A stretch of DNA of 64,000 nucleotides, from contig JBHGNT010000015.1 of the NCBI GenBank assembly GCA_043228905.1, positions 7,440,001-7,504,000 on the forward strand. Direction: 5' to 3'. The position numbers were made by a program, and so were the translations under genes. Below, piece after piece: positions 12,223-26,085 of this stretch. The stretch's first letter is position 1. The number at the start of each line of letters is the position of its first letter. The DNA comes from Azolla caroliniana (lineage: Eukaryota; Plantae; Polypodiophyta). The notes under the pieces were generated by a model. It had not been told where the DNA came from. It did no database searches and saw only the letters and a list, made by a program, of their open reading frames with translations.

Positions 12223-15155
12223 TGGTATCGGAGCGAGTTTCTCGAACGTTTCTTTTGTTGACTTTGTTTTTTATGATGATCGATCAATTTATCACTCAAG
12301 GGGAGCGGTATATCCAAGAAGTACTTCCAACAAAAAAACTTCAACATCATATATGTGGGCTCATAATAACGACCAGCCGATGGCATCCTCCCAAGCGGAA
12401 GGGATTCAAGGAACCACTCTCTTGGAGCAATTCTGATTGACTCGTCTTTCTTACAAATACAAGTTTTTCCTAAATTCACCTTGAACAAGATTTTCGAACT
12501 ATGACAATCTAATGGAGCTCTTGAAGCCCATATCGTTAATATGCATTAGGATACCACACAATAGACAGATGTCAAAGTGAACTATCCTTTATCTTAGAAG
12601 GAGAGAACCAAACAAGTAATATGCACGTGGCTTGGTTGATGGTAGTCTCATTTTGAGCCCTATCCTAAGCCGGAGTATGAAGATTTCCTATATTGGTTAA
12701 GAACTTAGGGGTAAGGCAATTGCATGGTGGTGTGGGGTTCACACTCTTAAGAAATTGCAAGATATCGGGAAAGACTTTGTTATGATTTTCAAAGGTCCCG
12801 TTTTAGAATCGCCATCTTGCATTGAGGTGACACAAGCACTCATGACCCTCTCTAACTGAAATTTTCTCTCTCTTGAGGATTATGTTCACCATGCTAGAAT
12901 CTAGATTTGAAAATCTGTTCTTGAATGGGACAATTGGTTAATTGCTTGTTTTGTTAATGATATCCCCAATTCGGACTACCATACCATTGGATGGTGCATG
13001 ATAGGGATCTTTTATCTTATTTTGAACAAAAACTACTTGATGAAATCTTAAATGACTTTTGTAATGTTTTTCCAAGTGAACTACCATATGAACTACCTCT
13101 TAGAGATAATGTACACCATTATATCGATCTTATACTTGTTGTTGCACCTATAACACTCCATATCAACTATGTCGATCCAAAGAGGATGAGATCTCTATGA
13201 AACTCATGGAATTGTTACGAATGGGTCATATCATATACCTTATAGTAAATCACCATGGGGTACACCGGTTCTCTTCGTAAACACAAAAGTAACCACATGA
13301 CATACATTTGTATTAATTATTGACATTTGAATAAACTAACGATCACAAACAATGAGCAGAGAACTTGATTGATCATCTTCAAATGGCCCGCTATCAAATT
13401 TGTATAGGTGAGGATGATGTTCTAAAAAATAACATTTCATACACGTTGTGGCCATTATTAGGCTTGGTCATGCCTTTTGGTTTGACCAATTCTTCAACCA
13501 AAATTCAACAAGAATTGAACAACATATTCAAAGAACAACTTTCGTTATTTATTTGATGATATTCTGATTTATAATTGTTACATTGGAAGAACAACGTAAA
13601 CATGTTAGCTTTGTTTTACAAAAATTGCGTGACAAACAGTTCTACACGAAGATCATCTCAAAATACAAGTTCTTCAAGAGATCAATTACATATCTCAAAC
13701 CTCTCATAATTGAATGGAGTCCAAATTGATCCTTTTCGCATAAACATAAGTCACACTCTAGCCCATTGTTTGCAATATTCAAGATGTTCGATCATTCCTT
13801 GGTTTTGTGGGGTTTTTGTGAAAACCTCTTTAGAATTACCGTTGATTGACGACACAAGGATCCATGAAGGGTGAAAGCATGTGAATGGAAACACTATTAT
13901 AGGTAACATGTAGCTAAAATGACTACAACTAAGTAGTTTTTTTTATAGCTAATTTTTAGTGGGAAAATCTTAAAGATACATATCATTTATTATGGGGATG
14001 GAAATATTACCATTTATGGTCCACAATTTAGCTGATCTTTATTTGAGATCACATTCTAATAATCCCTAAAATTCCAATAACCCTAAAATTTAGCAATATA
14101 TGCCCAAAGCTGGTCCTCAATATGATGGATAGATGGAATAGGTACATAAAATTATTGAGGACATGCTTTGGGCATATATTGTGGCAAAACCAACAAAATG
14201 GGAATGCTATCTACTAATTTTGGAGTTTTATTATAACAGTTCCAATCATACATCGATGAGATGTAGTCCTTTTACGTTGATGTGTGAATTTCAACCATTA
14301 GCGATGATTGTTGTTAATATACATCGTGATGGGTTTGAGAAGTACGTAAAATGTTCTAATGGATATGTTGCAATATTGTGTGAGATAATATAGAAACGAC
14401 TCAAGATAGAGCAACTTTGTTTCTCGACCATAATAAGGAACCTCGTATATTCACCCCTACACAAAAGGTACTACTTATGCTTCATTATTCTAAGACATTG
14501 TCTATGGATAAGTGCATTGAATTAGCCCCATGGTTTTGTGGACCTTTCAATGTTCTCAAATGCATTGGTTTATTAGCATATCGCCTCACTCTTCTTGATG
14601 GGGTTGGAATCCATCTAGTTTCTCATTTACATTGTTTGGTAGAATTTCTTCGTTCTAGCAAAAATACAGTTACAATCGAAAATTTTCTTACTTCCAAGGA
14701 TTTAGTTTCTAAATCACATCTACCAAATAGAATTTTCAATGTTAAAACAAAACATCTATGACCTAAGTCAATCCAAGAATTAAAAACTAAATTGATGGAT
14801 AAGTCTATCAAAGATGCTACATTAGAATGATAAAACACCATTAAAACTAACTTCCCTAATTTTTCCTTGCAAGAGTGCAATGTCTTAAAGAAAGTGGAAT
14901 ACATTTCAGGCATAACCATGACTTATACAGTGGTAGTTTACAATAGTTTTCTTCACATGAGGATAAGAGTGAGGGTTAATAGGGGATATAAAGAAGGGTT
15001 AATATGGAATATAAAGAATGCACCAAACATTTCGACAACTTTCTGGGGATTTCTAGAATGACGAAACTACTCTAAATGTATAAGTATTATGTCATAATCA
15101 CATGATGTATTGAGATGCATTAGCTATGAGACTTGGTTATGTCCTGTCTATGACA
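12223..15155 (+). mobile_element. Heavily decayed, internally deleted Ty3/Gypsy element (chromovirus-like) with LTR-like sequence at ~14903-15155
   Basis: PBS TGGTATCGGAGC at 12223. RT remnants (FCNVFPSELPYELPLRDNVHHYIDL, SPWGTPVLFV, VMPFGLTN, FDDILIY). Integrase C-terminus (LAPWFCGPFNVLKCIGLLAYRLTL) and a chromodomain-like tail. PPT-like tract ~14886-14899. Ends TCTATGACA. Confidence 0.75.
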
Positions 15156-15479
15156 ATATTCTCCCTTTAAGGCCAACCAACACAATTTTGTCAAGTGGCT
15201 TGTGTGGATACCGTGGATGAAAACCATGAACTACATCAACAAAATTCTTTATGTTTTTCATCAGTTCTCATGTTGCTTTCTTGATGGGGTACACCCTTTC
15301 CAGAAAACAACATTGGGCTAAAAGGTCCACTCCACTCCACCCATTGTATTCTTAGTGTGAACACGTCCTCAAAGTTAGGGCTTAGTTACCCTAACTATAA
15401 ATACGAGGAACTGTATCTTGTACAAATGGTTTGGTGGGATTAGTAATGCAACAACCTTCTTGAGCTCTAATTGTCTTTG

Positions 15480-18400
15480 TGTAATTGTCTATCTCTCTCA
15501 TTCTTTCTCTGTGCATATCTTCTTAAGGTTGGATACCAATACTTTGAGAGGCATGTTGGTGGGCATAAGATGTCTAGTTTTCCTTGTAATTTTTGGTTTG
15601 ATGATGAATGTAAGATGTATCTCAAATGGTTTAAGTCTATAGAAGGGGAAAATGAAAGGATTGTTACATGGCACCTATATAAGAAGGTAGTGAGGAGAAA
15701 GAAAAGAAGATATTTCCAAATGCAAGAGATGAAAAAGAAAAACTTATTTATGCTCAAACCAAAGTTAGCATGGGGACAACTCAAGGGTAAGAAAGATGAT
15801 GTGAAAGATCACTTTACAAATGAAGACATCCTAGAATATGTACAAAGGCTATATATGTATGAAGGTGTTGCTCTTATGGTTGAGAACATTGAAACACCAT
15901 GCAATACACGTATCGATATTGATGATGTCAATAAGGGAATAATGAAGATGGCACGTGGAAAAGCAGCAAATGTAACCTACATTTCAAATGAGCTTTTAAA
16001 ATGGACAAGGTCACATACTCGTCATTGAATAATGACAATAATTATGGAGCAAGCTATAAACAAGGTTTTCCAAATGATTGTCTTATGAATTGGATTAAAC
16101 CAATCTTTAAAGTTGGAGATAAGAATCAAGTATCAAATTATCATACAATAATGGTGAGCTCAACTATTTCTAAATTATATAGCACTATTATGGAGCAAAA
16201 GATAAGCACATGGGCTGAAAATACAAGCAAAAGAGCACTTGGGAAAGCAAGATTTAGACCAAAACACTCCATCATGGACCATTTGGTCACATTGAGAGTA
16301 ATCATGGAAGAGAGTCGACTACAAAGAAAAACACTTTATTGTTGTTTTGTTGATTTCAAGAAAGCTTTTGATACCGTAACACAAAGTGAGCTTTGGAATA
16401 GAATACTAGAGATTGACATGCCATTAGAGTATCGAGTTGCGGTTGCACGCCTACATGAACAAGTTAAATGCCAACTAAAAATGGATAGTGGATTCTCAAA
16501 GCACTTTTTAAGTAACATGGGGGTCAAGAAAGGATGTGCATTATCACCCACACTCTTTGGCTTATGTATTGATAAATTAGAAGAAGTGGTAAATAAGGTT
16601 GCAAGAGAAGAAGAATTGAGTGTCCTCAAATTGATGCAACATGTTATCTTATTGGTTTTTATGCAGATGATATGGTACTCTTCTCATATGATGTTGATAG
16701 TATGCAACATTTACTTGGGGTATTAGAAGAATTTTGCCATAATAGTGGACTAGCAATGAATGTGGAGAAAACAAAAATGATGGTAGTGCAAACCATCCAA
16801 CCCCATCATTACCCTATGCTCACATATAGAGGTGAAAATATAAAATTTGTTCAAAGCTTTAAATATCTTGGTATTGATGTACCCGCCACAAATAAATGGA
16901 GTGCATACTTTGATTCTAGGAGATCATATTACCTTTTGGAGAACCAATGCAACCAAAGTGATACTTGTGGATGGGAAGTAAAACTAATGTTGTTCAATGC
17001 CATGGTAACTCAAGTATTGCTTTATGGAGTAGAAGTATGGGGCGACACCATCTCTCTTAATGCATGGAATGAAATTGAGAAAATTCAAAAGATGTTTTTA
17101 AGGAGGCAATTAGGAGTTAAATGCACTACCTCTTACTAGGTTATGCTCTTGGAAATAGTTGTTCGGCCCATAGAAATATTGGCACTTCAAAGAGTATATA
17201 GATACATTACAAAATTCAAGAATATGCCGAATCATCGATTACCACATCTTGCTTGGAATGTTGGACGTAAGCTACAAAAGAATCATAAGAGTAAAATTCC
17301 CTCATCCGGTTGGGTTGTTGACATAAGAAAATGGTTCAAAAGATGGGGTGTGGATAATCTTTTAGAGCTTTCGGGTGATGCTATGCATTATCTATTGATT
17401 GAGGAAAGGTTGGTGGAATCATTAAGGATGAAATGGGAAGCTACTAAGAGGACAAAGCTAAAATATTACATTGCAAATGTCAACACTGAATGTTGGTCTC
17501 AATATAAGGCAAGAATGCCTATTGATCATATCCAACCTTATCTCATTACCAATATGAGTAGTAATGCTCGTAGAGCCCTCACACTATTTTGCACTCGATC
17601 TCACATGTTAGGTATTGAAGTTGCATCATGGTATCGAAATGTAACGAATTTGAGGGCATGTAAAGTATGCAATGAAGGCATTGTAGAGGATGAATGTCAC
17701 TTGCTCTTCACATGCTCGGCATATAGTGCAATTCGTTCAAGATATGATGACATATTAAGAGGGAGTGATAACTTCTATAAAATAGTACCAAAAACTATAG
17801 CTAATAGAATGTGACCGTTGCTTCCCTCGATTATACATGATACACAATCAGGATTCCTTCAAGATAGAAACATCTTTGACAATATCTTCCTTTTTTGGGA
17901 GATGATTGCATTGGCTCAACATCACAAACAATCACTTGCAATACTATTATTAGATTTTGAGAAAGCATATGATAAAGTAGATTGGGACTTTCTAGAGGCA
18001 GTTCTATTAAGATTAGGGTTTCCAAGTGCATGGATAAAAGGTGTGTCTGCATTATATAGACATGCCTCTATATAATGCAGACACACCAATTTCCAATTTC
18101 CAGATCTGTTCGACAAGGTTGTCCGTTAGCACCATTTCTTTTTATTTTATTTGGGGAAGCTTTATCATCTTTTCTTAGATCCTCAATGAAGGCCATCCAA
18201 GCAATAGCTTTACCTATTGCAAACTCGATAGTTCTCGATGCTGAGTTTGCGGATGACATTGCTCTGTATATTCACGGAGATGTTGTTAATCTTGATCGGG
18301 TACAGAATGCTTTACAGATATTTTCAGATGCTACTGGAGCCTCTCTCAATTGGAATAAATTTGTAGGCCTTTGGACCAGTGATGAACCGCGTCCAGAATG

Positions 18401-20410
18401 GTATCCAGGCCCTACATTCCGTTGGCTAAATCATGGGGAGCCGATTCGTTATTTAGGCTATCTTGTTGGTATAGATTTACCATCTGAAGTGATGCTATCC
18501 CCATTGCTATTATCAATTAAGCGTAAGTTGGTATATTGGGACTCGCAACAGTTATCCCTTGCAGGTTGGGTTGTCATTGCAAATTCGATGTTGTCGGCCT
18601 CAATGTGGTTTATCTTATTTGCTTGGTTGTTCTCTAGGTTGGAAATCATGAAAGTTCAAAGCCTCATATGTAACTTCCTTTGGGGTGGAAAAAATGGATC
18701 TCATGTAGTGGCCAAGGTGGCATGGGATGTTTTGATTAGGCCAAAAAGTCAGGGAGGGTTGGCTCTAATAGATCCCTTGATACAATCTCGAGCTCTCTCG
18801 ACAAAGTTTGTAGTCAAAGGATTATTGCCAGGGACAGAGGCATGGAAGGGTATGTTGCTTAATCAGCTGATGCAATTATCTCCCAAGTCAGGAGGAAACT
18901 GGTTGCCATATTTGAAATGGATGTTCTTGATAGATATTCTGACACCGAGACGGAATCTAACATCCAATAGATTTCTACAAGGGATCATCAGAGCATGGGA
19001 TGCAATCAAGATTTTTTTATGCAAGGAAATGCCTAACACATGGGATGGTTGGATGAATCAACCACTTTTGGCTAATTCTCTTGTTCAAGATTCTACTGGA
19101 AATGTATTGGGCCTTAGACCTCGTCTTGCATGGGGAAAATTAGACAATGGGCCAGCAACATCAGTAGGATCCTGGATTCATTTTCGGCAGATGCCAGAAG
19201 TGGATCACCTTAAGCAGTTACACTCGATATATGGGGCGAAGACAATGACAATGGTTATATGCACGACAACCAATTAATAGGCTAATGTGGGACCCAGGGG
19301 GATGCTCTTGGACTAGTCCCATGATGGATCCAATGCAAAAAGTTCCGTTCTTTCAGTATACTGTGAAATTTGGTAGAACCTTACTCATGTCTAAGAATAT
19401 TCCAACTCATGCGGCTCAAAAGCATTGGAATAAGTGGGGTGTATCAAGCAATCACTTGAAGGCTTATTGGAAATGGATTTGGTCTTTTAGGGGACCAACA
19501 AAATACACTCTCTTCAGATAGCTTTTACTACATGCAGCACTACCAATAGGTCAGTCTTTGAAAGGAAACATGGCATCCGTTCTTCGACAATGTAGTTATT
19601 GTGGTGACTTGCAGGAAACTACCAAGCATGCTCTCTGGTCCTGTTCAATAGCCCAACATGTATGGAATAAAGTTCTTTCTTTATTCCTAACAATTAATGT
19701 AGTTATTGTGGTGACTTGCAGGAAACTACCAAGCATGCTCTTTGGTCCTGTTCAATAGCCCAACATGTATGGAATAAAGTTCTTTCTTTATTCCTAACAA
19801 TTAATGTAGGTTGCCTATTCTCTTGGGGATCAATGGTATGGGGGGTTCTCCATTCCAGTCTCTTATTGTATGAGGCAGATGATGATCTAGAGGCTAAGAC
19901 AATCGTCAATAGGCATCTAATATCTGTCTCCCCTTTTCAGCAACCTCGAAAGCAAATGCGTGCAACCCATGTATGGAAAACAGTATCCACGGTTACATTA
20001 TGGACCTTATGGAAGTATCGGTGTAAAAGACGATATGATTCTATAATTACCCTTCTCTTAGATATATTGCTAGAATTATGGGACAACTTATTGGTGGTAG
20101 TGCGTGGGCAATATGACAATATGTCAGGCCCTTCGGAGGTTGTTCTTAAGAAAAGGAAAAAATTACTGCAGTTATGGAGGAAGTTGCCTCTATTCATGAT
20201 CTCCTCTCAAGGACCTATCTAGAAATATCATCATCCCTGGCCCTTCCCTTGATTATCATTTTGTATATAACACTCTAATTGTATAGTTTGTAGCCTTACG
20301 ACGTTTTTTCTTAATACTAATGAAGGAAATCTTTTTGGAAAAAATGAAAAAAAGAAAAAAAGAGAGAGGGAGTGATAACTTAAGTGCCATACTTAAGACA
20401 CCACCTAGAA
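15480..20410 (+). mobile_element. Decayed RTE/RTE-X-like LINE ORF2 (RT plus C-terminal CCHC), interrupted near its 3' end by an L1 LINE
   Basis: FVDFKKAFDTV, GVKKGCALSPTLF, YADD codons at ~16660, FKYLG, and CKVCNEGIVEDECHLLFTC. The frame resumes after the L1 (GSDNLSAILKTPPR at ~20368-20410). Several frameshifts. Clade assignment is from memory. Confidence 0.8.
17775..20364 (+). mobile_element. 5'-truncated L1/Tx1-clade LINE with A-rich tail and 17-bp TSD
   Basis: LDFEKAYDKVDW, SVRQGCPLAPFLF, EFADD, IRYLG, FLWGG, zf-RVT CSYC...HALWSC. A-rich tail ~20339-20364. TSD AGAGGGAGTGATAACTT at 17758-17774 and 20365-20381. Confidence 0.92.
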
Positions 20411-20419
20411 GCCAACTAC

Positions 20420-22655
20420 CTCCCACGTCAACACCTTCAATCGGGTGTTGACCGAACTCTCCTCACAAGGCCTGAATTTTGAAGAAGAAATCAAGGCACT
20501 TGTGCTCCTTTCAAGCCTCCCAACATGTTGGGAAGTCTTCTACACAATTGTCACGAACAACTCGACAAAGCTGACGCTTGACAAAACAATCAGATAGATC
20601 TTATCATAGGAGCTTCAAAGAAAGTCAATGGGACTGACCATCGATGAGAATGCTGAAGCACCCTTCTCTGGGGGAACGACTCAAAGGACGGGCTGCAATC
20701 AAAGTAGGATGAGAAGGGGGAACGACCGACAATGGTCGAAGTTGCGAAATGGCAAGCCGAATGCCTACTACACACACTGCAGGAAGGTCAGTCACAACAT
20801 TGCCGACTGCTGGTCGTATAACAAGTAGGGAAATGGTGGTAAAAAATTCGATCGGAATTTAGGATCATCCAACTCAAACCACCCTTTAACTGACAACTAA
20901 CTAAATTTTGTCGAATCCCGGTCGGGAGAATTCCTCTCACTCGAAGGCTCGTCCATTGGAGAGATCCAATTCAGTGCACACAATGCACAAACATGGCTAC
21001 TCGATTTAGGAGCCACATTTCACATGACCCTCCAATGTGAATGGTTTTCGGACTATTCCATCGAAGCCGGTTCAGTCTGACTGGGCAAAGGGCAAGAGCG
21101 TTGAATCATGAGAATAGGTGAGACACCCATTTGGCTACTGAATGGAAGCATGATCACCCTGCACCACGTTTGGCATGTACCCGATCTGAAGAGGAGTCTG
21201 ATCTCCATTGGCATGTTAGCCGAAGGCGGGTACAAGACAACAATGAGCGAGTTGTCGTGGTACATTACAAGGGGAAATCTTTGGATCAGCCATGACGTAA
21301 AGTACAACAATATGTACTCACTCTGATTAGTCAAGAGGGATCACTGAACATATCCGAATTGCTGACAACATCATTATGGCATGACCAACTCAACCATATA
21401 TCACAAGCAGGGCTTGAAAGACTTTCGACACTTGGCTACATCCCTCAGCATTGCCAATAAGGGAAATAGACCCGAAGACTACACTCAATTCATTATGAGA
21501 TGGTATGACAACCCCTAGAGGTTATTCACACTAACATCTCTAGTCCGATGCCCAAAAGTTCTCTAGGTGGCTCACGGTACTTCATCACATTCGTTGATGA
21601 TTGTACACATAAGGTTTGGGCTTACTCAATTAAGTCCAAGGATGAAGTGCTCGAGGTTATCTCTCGGTGGTTGACTGAAGTCGAAAAATAATACGACTAT
21701 AAAGTCAAGACACTACGGTCAGACAATGGAGGAGAATACAACTCCAAAGCCTTCGAAAAGTACCTGTTCGAAAAAGGGATTAGACACCAACAAGCTGTTC
21801 CCTACACCCTAATGCAAACTGGTGTAGCCGAACAGATGAACCGGATGATCCAAGAATGGATAATGGTAATGCTCCAACAATCAAGACTCAAACCTGAAAT
21901 TTATGCTGAAGCTTTGTAGATGGCAATATAGTTGATAAAATTATCACCGTCGAAAGCAATAAAGCTTCAAGTGCCACAAGTACTATGGTCGAGAACACAA
22001 CCAAACTATGATTGGCTTTGCACATTGGGGTGCGAAACCTATGCCCACATACTGAGGGAGAAAAGAACGAATGTAGCCCCCCATTCAAGAAAATGTATTT
22101 TTCTTGGGTATGGGATGGACGGAAATTTCGGCTATAGGCTATGGGACCCAAAAAATGGGAAATTGATTCGATAGAGTGGTGTAGTCTTCAATGAAGCCTC
22201 CATGGGCTTGGTCTATAAGCAACCTCGAACCGGCAAGAGAGTTAGTTTTGACAATTCTTTGACCAAGTTAGAGAACCAAATGCCAGAAGTAGAATTCCAA
22301 ATGGCTAGCGAGTTGACTAGTTCAGCTGAATGAGCACTCATAGAGAGAACTCCGAGCAACTTGCCGACTAATCAACCCGAACCGGTGGCGACACATGCAC
22401 CTTATGATTCCATCGTGGGAACAAGTTGGTCGAATAACCTCAAAGTAGAAGAAGCATATCCTTCGACAAGATCTCTCCATTGAACAAGGGTTCAAATCAC
22501 GCTAACTAAACATGTGTACCAATTGAAGAAGATGAACCGATGGTGCTGAACATGTGTACCAATTGAAGAAGATGAACCGACACCATCGACACTAAGGAGA
22601 TCAAGATGAGTTGGAAAGCCAACAAAGTTTTATCAATTGGGCTTGGACTATGTCT
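20420..22655 (+). mobile_element. Decayed Copia internal fragment (gag C-terminus, protease, integrase), no LTRs seen
   Basis: ALVLLSSLPTCWEVF, WLLDLGATFHM, HVPDLKRSLISIGML, YFITFVDD, LRSDNGGEY, KCIFLGYG...GYRLWDP. Many stops. Confidence 0.85.
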
Positions 22656-22696
22656 TGAGATCAAAGTCGACAACAACCGGTTTATACTCTAGCGTA

Positions 22697-24587
22697 TGTT
22701 GGTGGAAAGATTTGAACAAGAAAAATTGGAAGCAGAAATACACAAGTACAGTGACACAAGATGTTTTACGTGGAAAACCCTAACAAGGAAAAACCACGGG
22801 AGTCCACAGACTCCAAACTATCTCACTATGTGAAAGGAAATACAAAGAGACTCCTAGGCAACAACCTTGGGTTCATCTTCTTCACCAGATGGTGGGTACA
22901 ACAGAGATGTAACAACACGATCTAACTCTCTCTGTCTCTCTCTGTCTCTCTGTCTCTGTCTCACGCTCTCTCTCACACTATCACACTTTTACAAGAATAT
23001 GAACATCATACCAAACGTTTTTTTCCTAGTTATATTTATACTTATATAACATTCGGGCTTCTTTACAAATATGGCCTAACCAGGAGTTTCACAAAACCTA
23101 TTTACATATGTGGCCTTTTCCAGACGCCTATTTGGACTTGATCCGGACACGGATCCGGATCTAGGTCCAACATTTCTTCTCCTTTGGATCCAACTTGTGT
23201 TCTCCTTCCCATCTGGAGGGACCTTGTTTCCCAACAAACTCCCCCTTCACTCCGGCATGGGGTGGTTCGTTAACCCGACTCGACTTCGACATGCGTTCAA
23301 CCTCTTTTCCGACAACACTTTTGTCAGCATGTCCGATCTGTTCTCCATTGTGTGTACCTTTACTAGAGAAAACTCCTTTTTTTTTACCCTCTCCCTGAGC
23401 CAATGGTATATCCGTTGGATGTGCTTAGTCCTCGAGTGGTATGTGACATTTTTCGCAAGGTGAATGAGACTTTGGTTGTCGCAATATAGTCGGAATTCTG
23501 CTTGTTGAATCCCCAACTCTCCTATAAACCCCTTCATCCATATTATTTCCTTGCCGACTTCTACAATTGCCATATACTCCACTTCCGTGGTGGATAATGC
23601 TACAACCTTCTACAGCCTCGACTTCCATGAGACGGCTCCCCTTGCATAAGTCATTACATACCTCGACGTGGACCGGCTAGTGTCTACATCAACTGACATG
23701 TCGGAGTTGGTAAAACTTTCCCATAAGGGGTTACCTGAACCGAATTAGAGGCATACGCTCGAGGCGCATTTCAGGTACCGAAGTATCCAATTGACCAGTG
23801 CCTAGTGCTCTTTGCCAGGATTGCTCATGAATCGATTGACGACTCCGACTGCATATTTGATGACCGGCCTGGTGTAGACCATCACATACATAAGGCTTCC
23901 GACTACTGAGGTGTAGGGTACCTTCATCATCTTAGCCTTTTCCGCCTTCGTCTTTGGACTTTGTCTCCTAGATAGGTTGCCGTTTGTCGGCAGTGTCGAC
24001 CCGACCGACTTCATGTTTTGCATGCTGAATCTCAAGACCACTTTTGTCACGTACTTTTCTTGTGACAACCAGAATAGTCTCTTTGTCCGATCCCGAACAA
24101 TGTGCATCCCCAGTATTTGCCTTGGTGGACCCATATCCTTCATTGAGAATGACCTGCTGAAGGCATTCTTCAGCATTCCGATCTTCATACAGTCCCGTTC
24201 GACAATTAGCATGTTGTCTACGTATAACATGAGGATTAGGAAGCCTCCTCTGTCAAACTTCTTCATGAACACACAGTGGTCGGCCTGTGTCTTGTGGTAT
24301 GCTTGGTTGGCCATGAAGGATTCGAACTTCCGGTACCATTGTTGGGGAGCCTGCTTCAGTCTGTACAGACTCTTCTTCAATCGGCATACCAGGTGCTCCT
24401 TTCCTTTCTTGATGAATCCTTCTGGTTGTTTTATATAGATTTCTTCTTCAATGTATCCATGTAGGAACACCGTCTTGACATCCAATTGTTCGACTTCAAG
24501 GTCCTTGCTGACCGTCATGCTCAACACTGTTCAGATGGATGTCTTCTTTACTACTGGGGCAAAGATCTCATTGAAATCCACTCCCTT
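22697..24587 (-). mobile_element. Copia (Tnt1/Tork-like) 3' part: RT, RNase H, PPT and 3' LTR (22697-23236)
   Basis: QLDVKTVFLHG, LKKSLYRLKQAP, LYVDNML, LYCDNQS...HSRTKHI. PPT GAAGGGGGAG on minus next to a TG...CA LTR related to 57534-58130. Confidence 0.9.
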
Positions 24588-24589
24588 GT

Positions 24590-25800
24590 GTCTGATTTGA
24601 CAGTGATCTAGTACGACAAACTCAACAATATCCAATTAGAGAAAAACCTCGTCTTCCATGCTTGGACGAAGCACATCGAAGTGCACTACTACTTCGTGCA
24701 TGAGCATGTTCTCTCTAGTGAAGTGGAACTAGTGTATGTTTCGAGGATCGACAGATGGTCAACATCTTCACCAAGCCCCTTGGTCTTGACAAGTTGCGAC
24801 AATTCTCGGGCATGCTTGGGTTAAAATAGCTCGACTAGCCGAACTTGAGGGGGACAGTCGAAGTCGAAGAGAGACCTAACGAGAGAGTAATTGAATCGAC
24901 TGAGGAAGCCGAATCTGAATTGGACAGGAGAACGACTGGAAGAAGATTAGCTAAGGGAAGACCAACCAATTGTAGGGGGGGTGGAACAAGTGAGCCAGAG
25001 CCACCCGAATACAAGGGGAGAACCTGTGAGAACAAAGCCAGGAAGACTTGGGCTAATATAGCCAAAGGTCAATTTGAAGACGAATCGGAGACACCCAATT
25101 CAGACAAGAGCGGGAACAATTTGGAGATAGCTGATTCGGTTGAGAGGAATGATTCGGATGAGCCGGATCATATTAGGGCCAAGCGGACGAGAAGACAGTT
25201 GAAGACGATGTCGAAGTGAGAGAATCGATGGATCGATGGGCGCCGAAGTCACCGAGGCCGGAAGAAGGCTAATGAGGGCCTAAGGAGCAGACAAGCCGAC
25301 CGGACGGGCCGTGGAGCGCGAGCAAGGAGGCGTGAAGCTAGGAGAAGTTGGAGCGGTGGATCAACTAAAGCTAACAAGGAACCTCAAGTTGAGCTTGAGG
25401 GGGAGTGTTGAGAGACAAGATCAACATGAGCTAGATCGGTTGGAGAAGCCAACAATCGAGTTGGCTGAGGAAGATCGGCTAAAGAAACTGACAACCAGAT
25501 AGACTAAGAGCCGATAGGTTGGAAGAGCCGTTAGGGCCGAACATAGTATTAGGAATATTATGTTCAGATATTGTTAGGTCATCCTTTATGAGCATTCAAG
25601 TACTTGCCAATACTTGTGTCAACCTTTTGTTAGGGCTTGTATATAAAGTGCTCTGTAAGCCATTTGTATGTCCCGAGTCATATTTTTGAATAGTAATTTT
25701 TTTTTCCTCCTCTACTTAGTCTTTCCATCTCTCTCCCTTTCTGTGAATACCTAACTGTCTATAGGTGTCCGCCTGAGCCAGCTGTGTCTATTGTTCAAGA
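24590..25800 (+). mobile_element. Copia family A 3' part: RNase H end, ~190-codon extension, PPT, 3' LTR from 25406
   Basis: TKHIEVHYYFV and IFTKPLGLDKL. PPT GAGGGGGAG then TGTTGAGAGACAAG at 25406. The LTR resembles those at 46326, 50980 and 57134; its right end is uncertain. Confidence 0.85.
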
Positions 25801-26085
25801 GCTTTGACATCTAATTAGTTACAATAAAGAACAGAGCCCGGTAAGGACCTTTGAGATCACTCCATATCCCCGAATTTTATTCAAGCTTCTCAAGGAAAAC
25901 ATCAAAGTCTTAAAGAAGAAGTGATGATGTTTTAAGTAAATGCGCGAACCATGTCTACGTTGAACCCGAGAGAAGAGTACCTAAGAGATTGGGTCGATAA
26001 AAATCATTAGAATAGCATTAGGGCTATAGTTGGATTTGATTTATAAACTATTAATAGCACATCCCATCAAATTTGTTTGGTAGAC

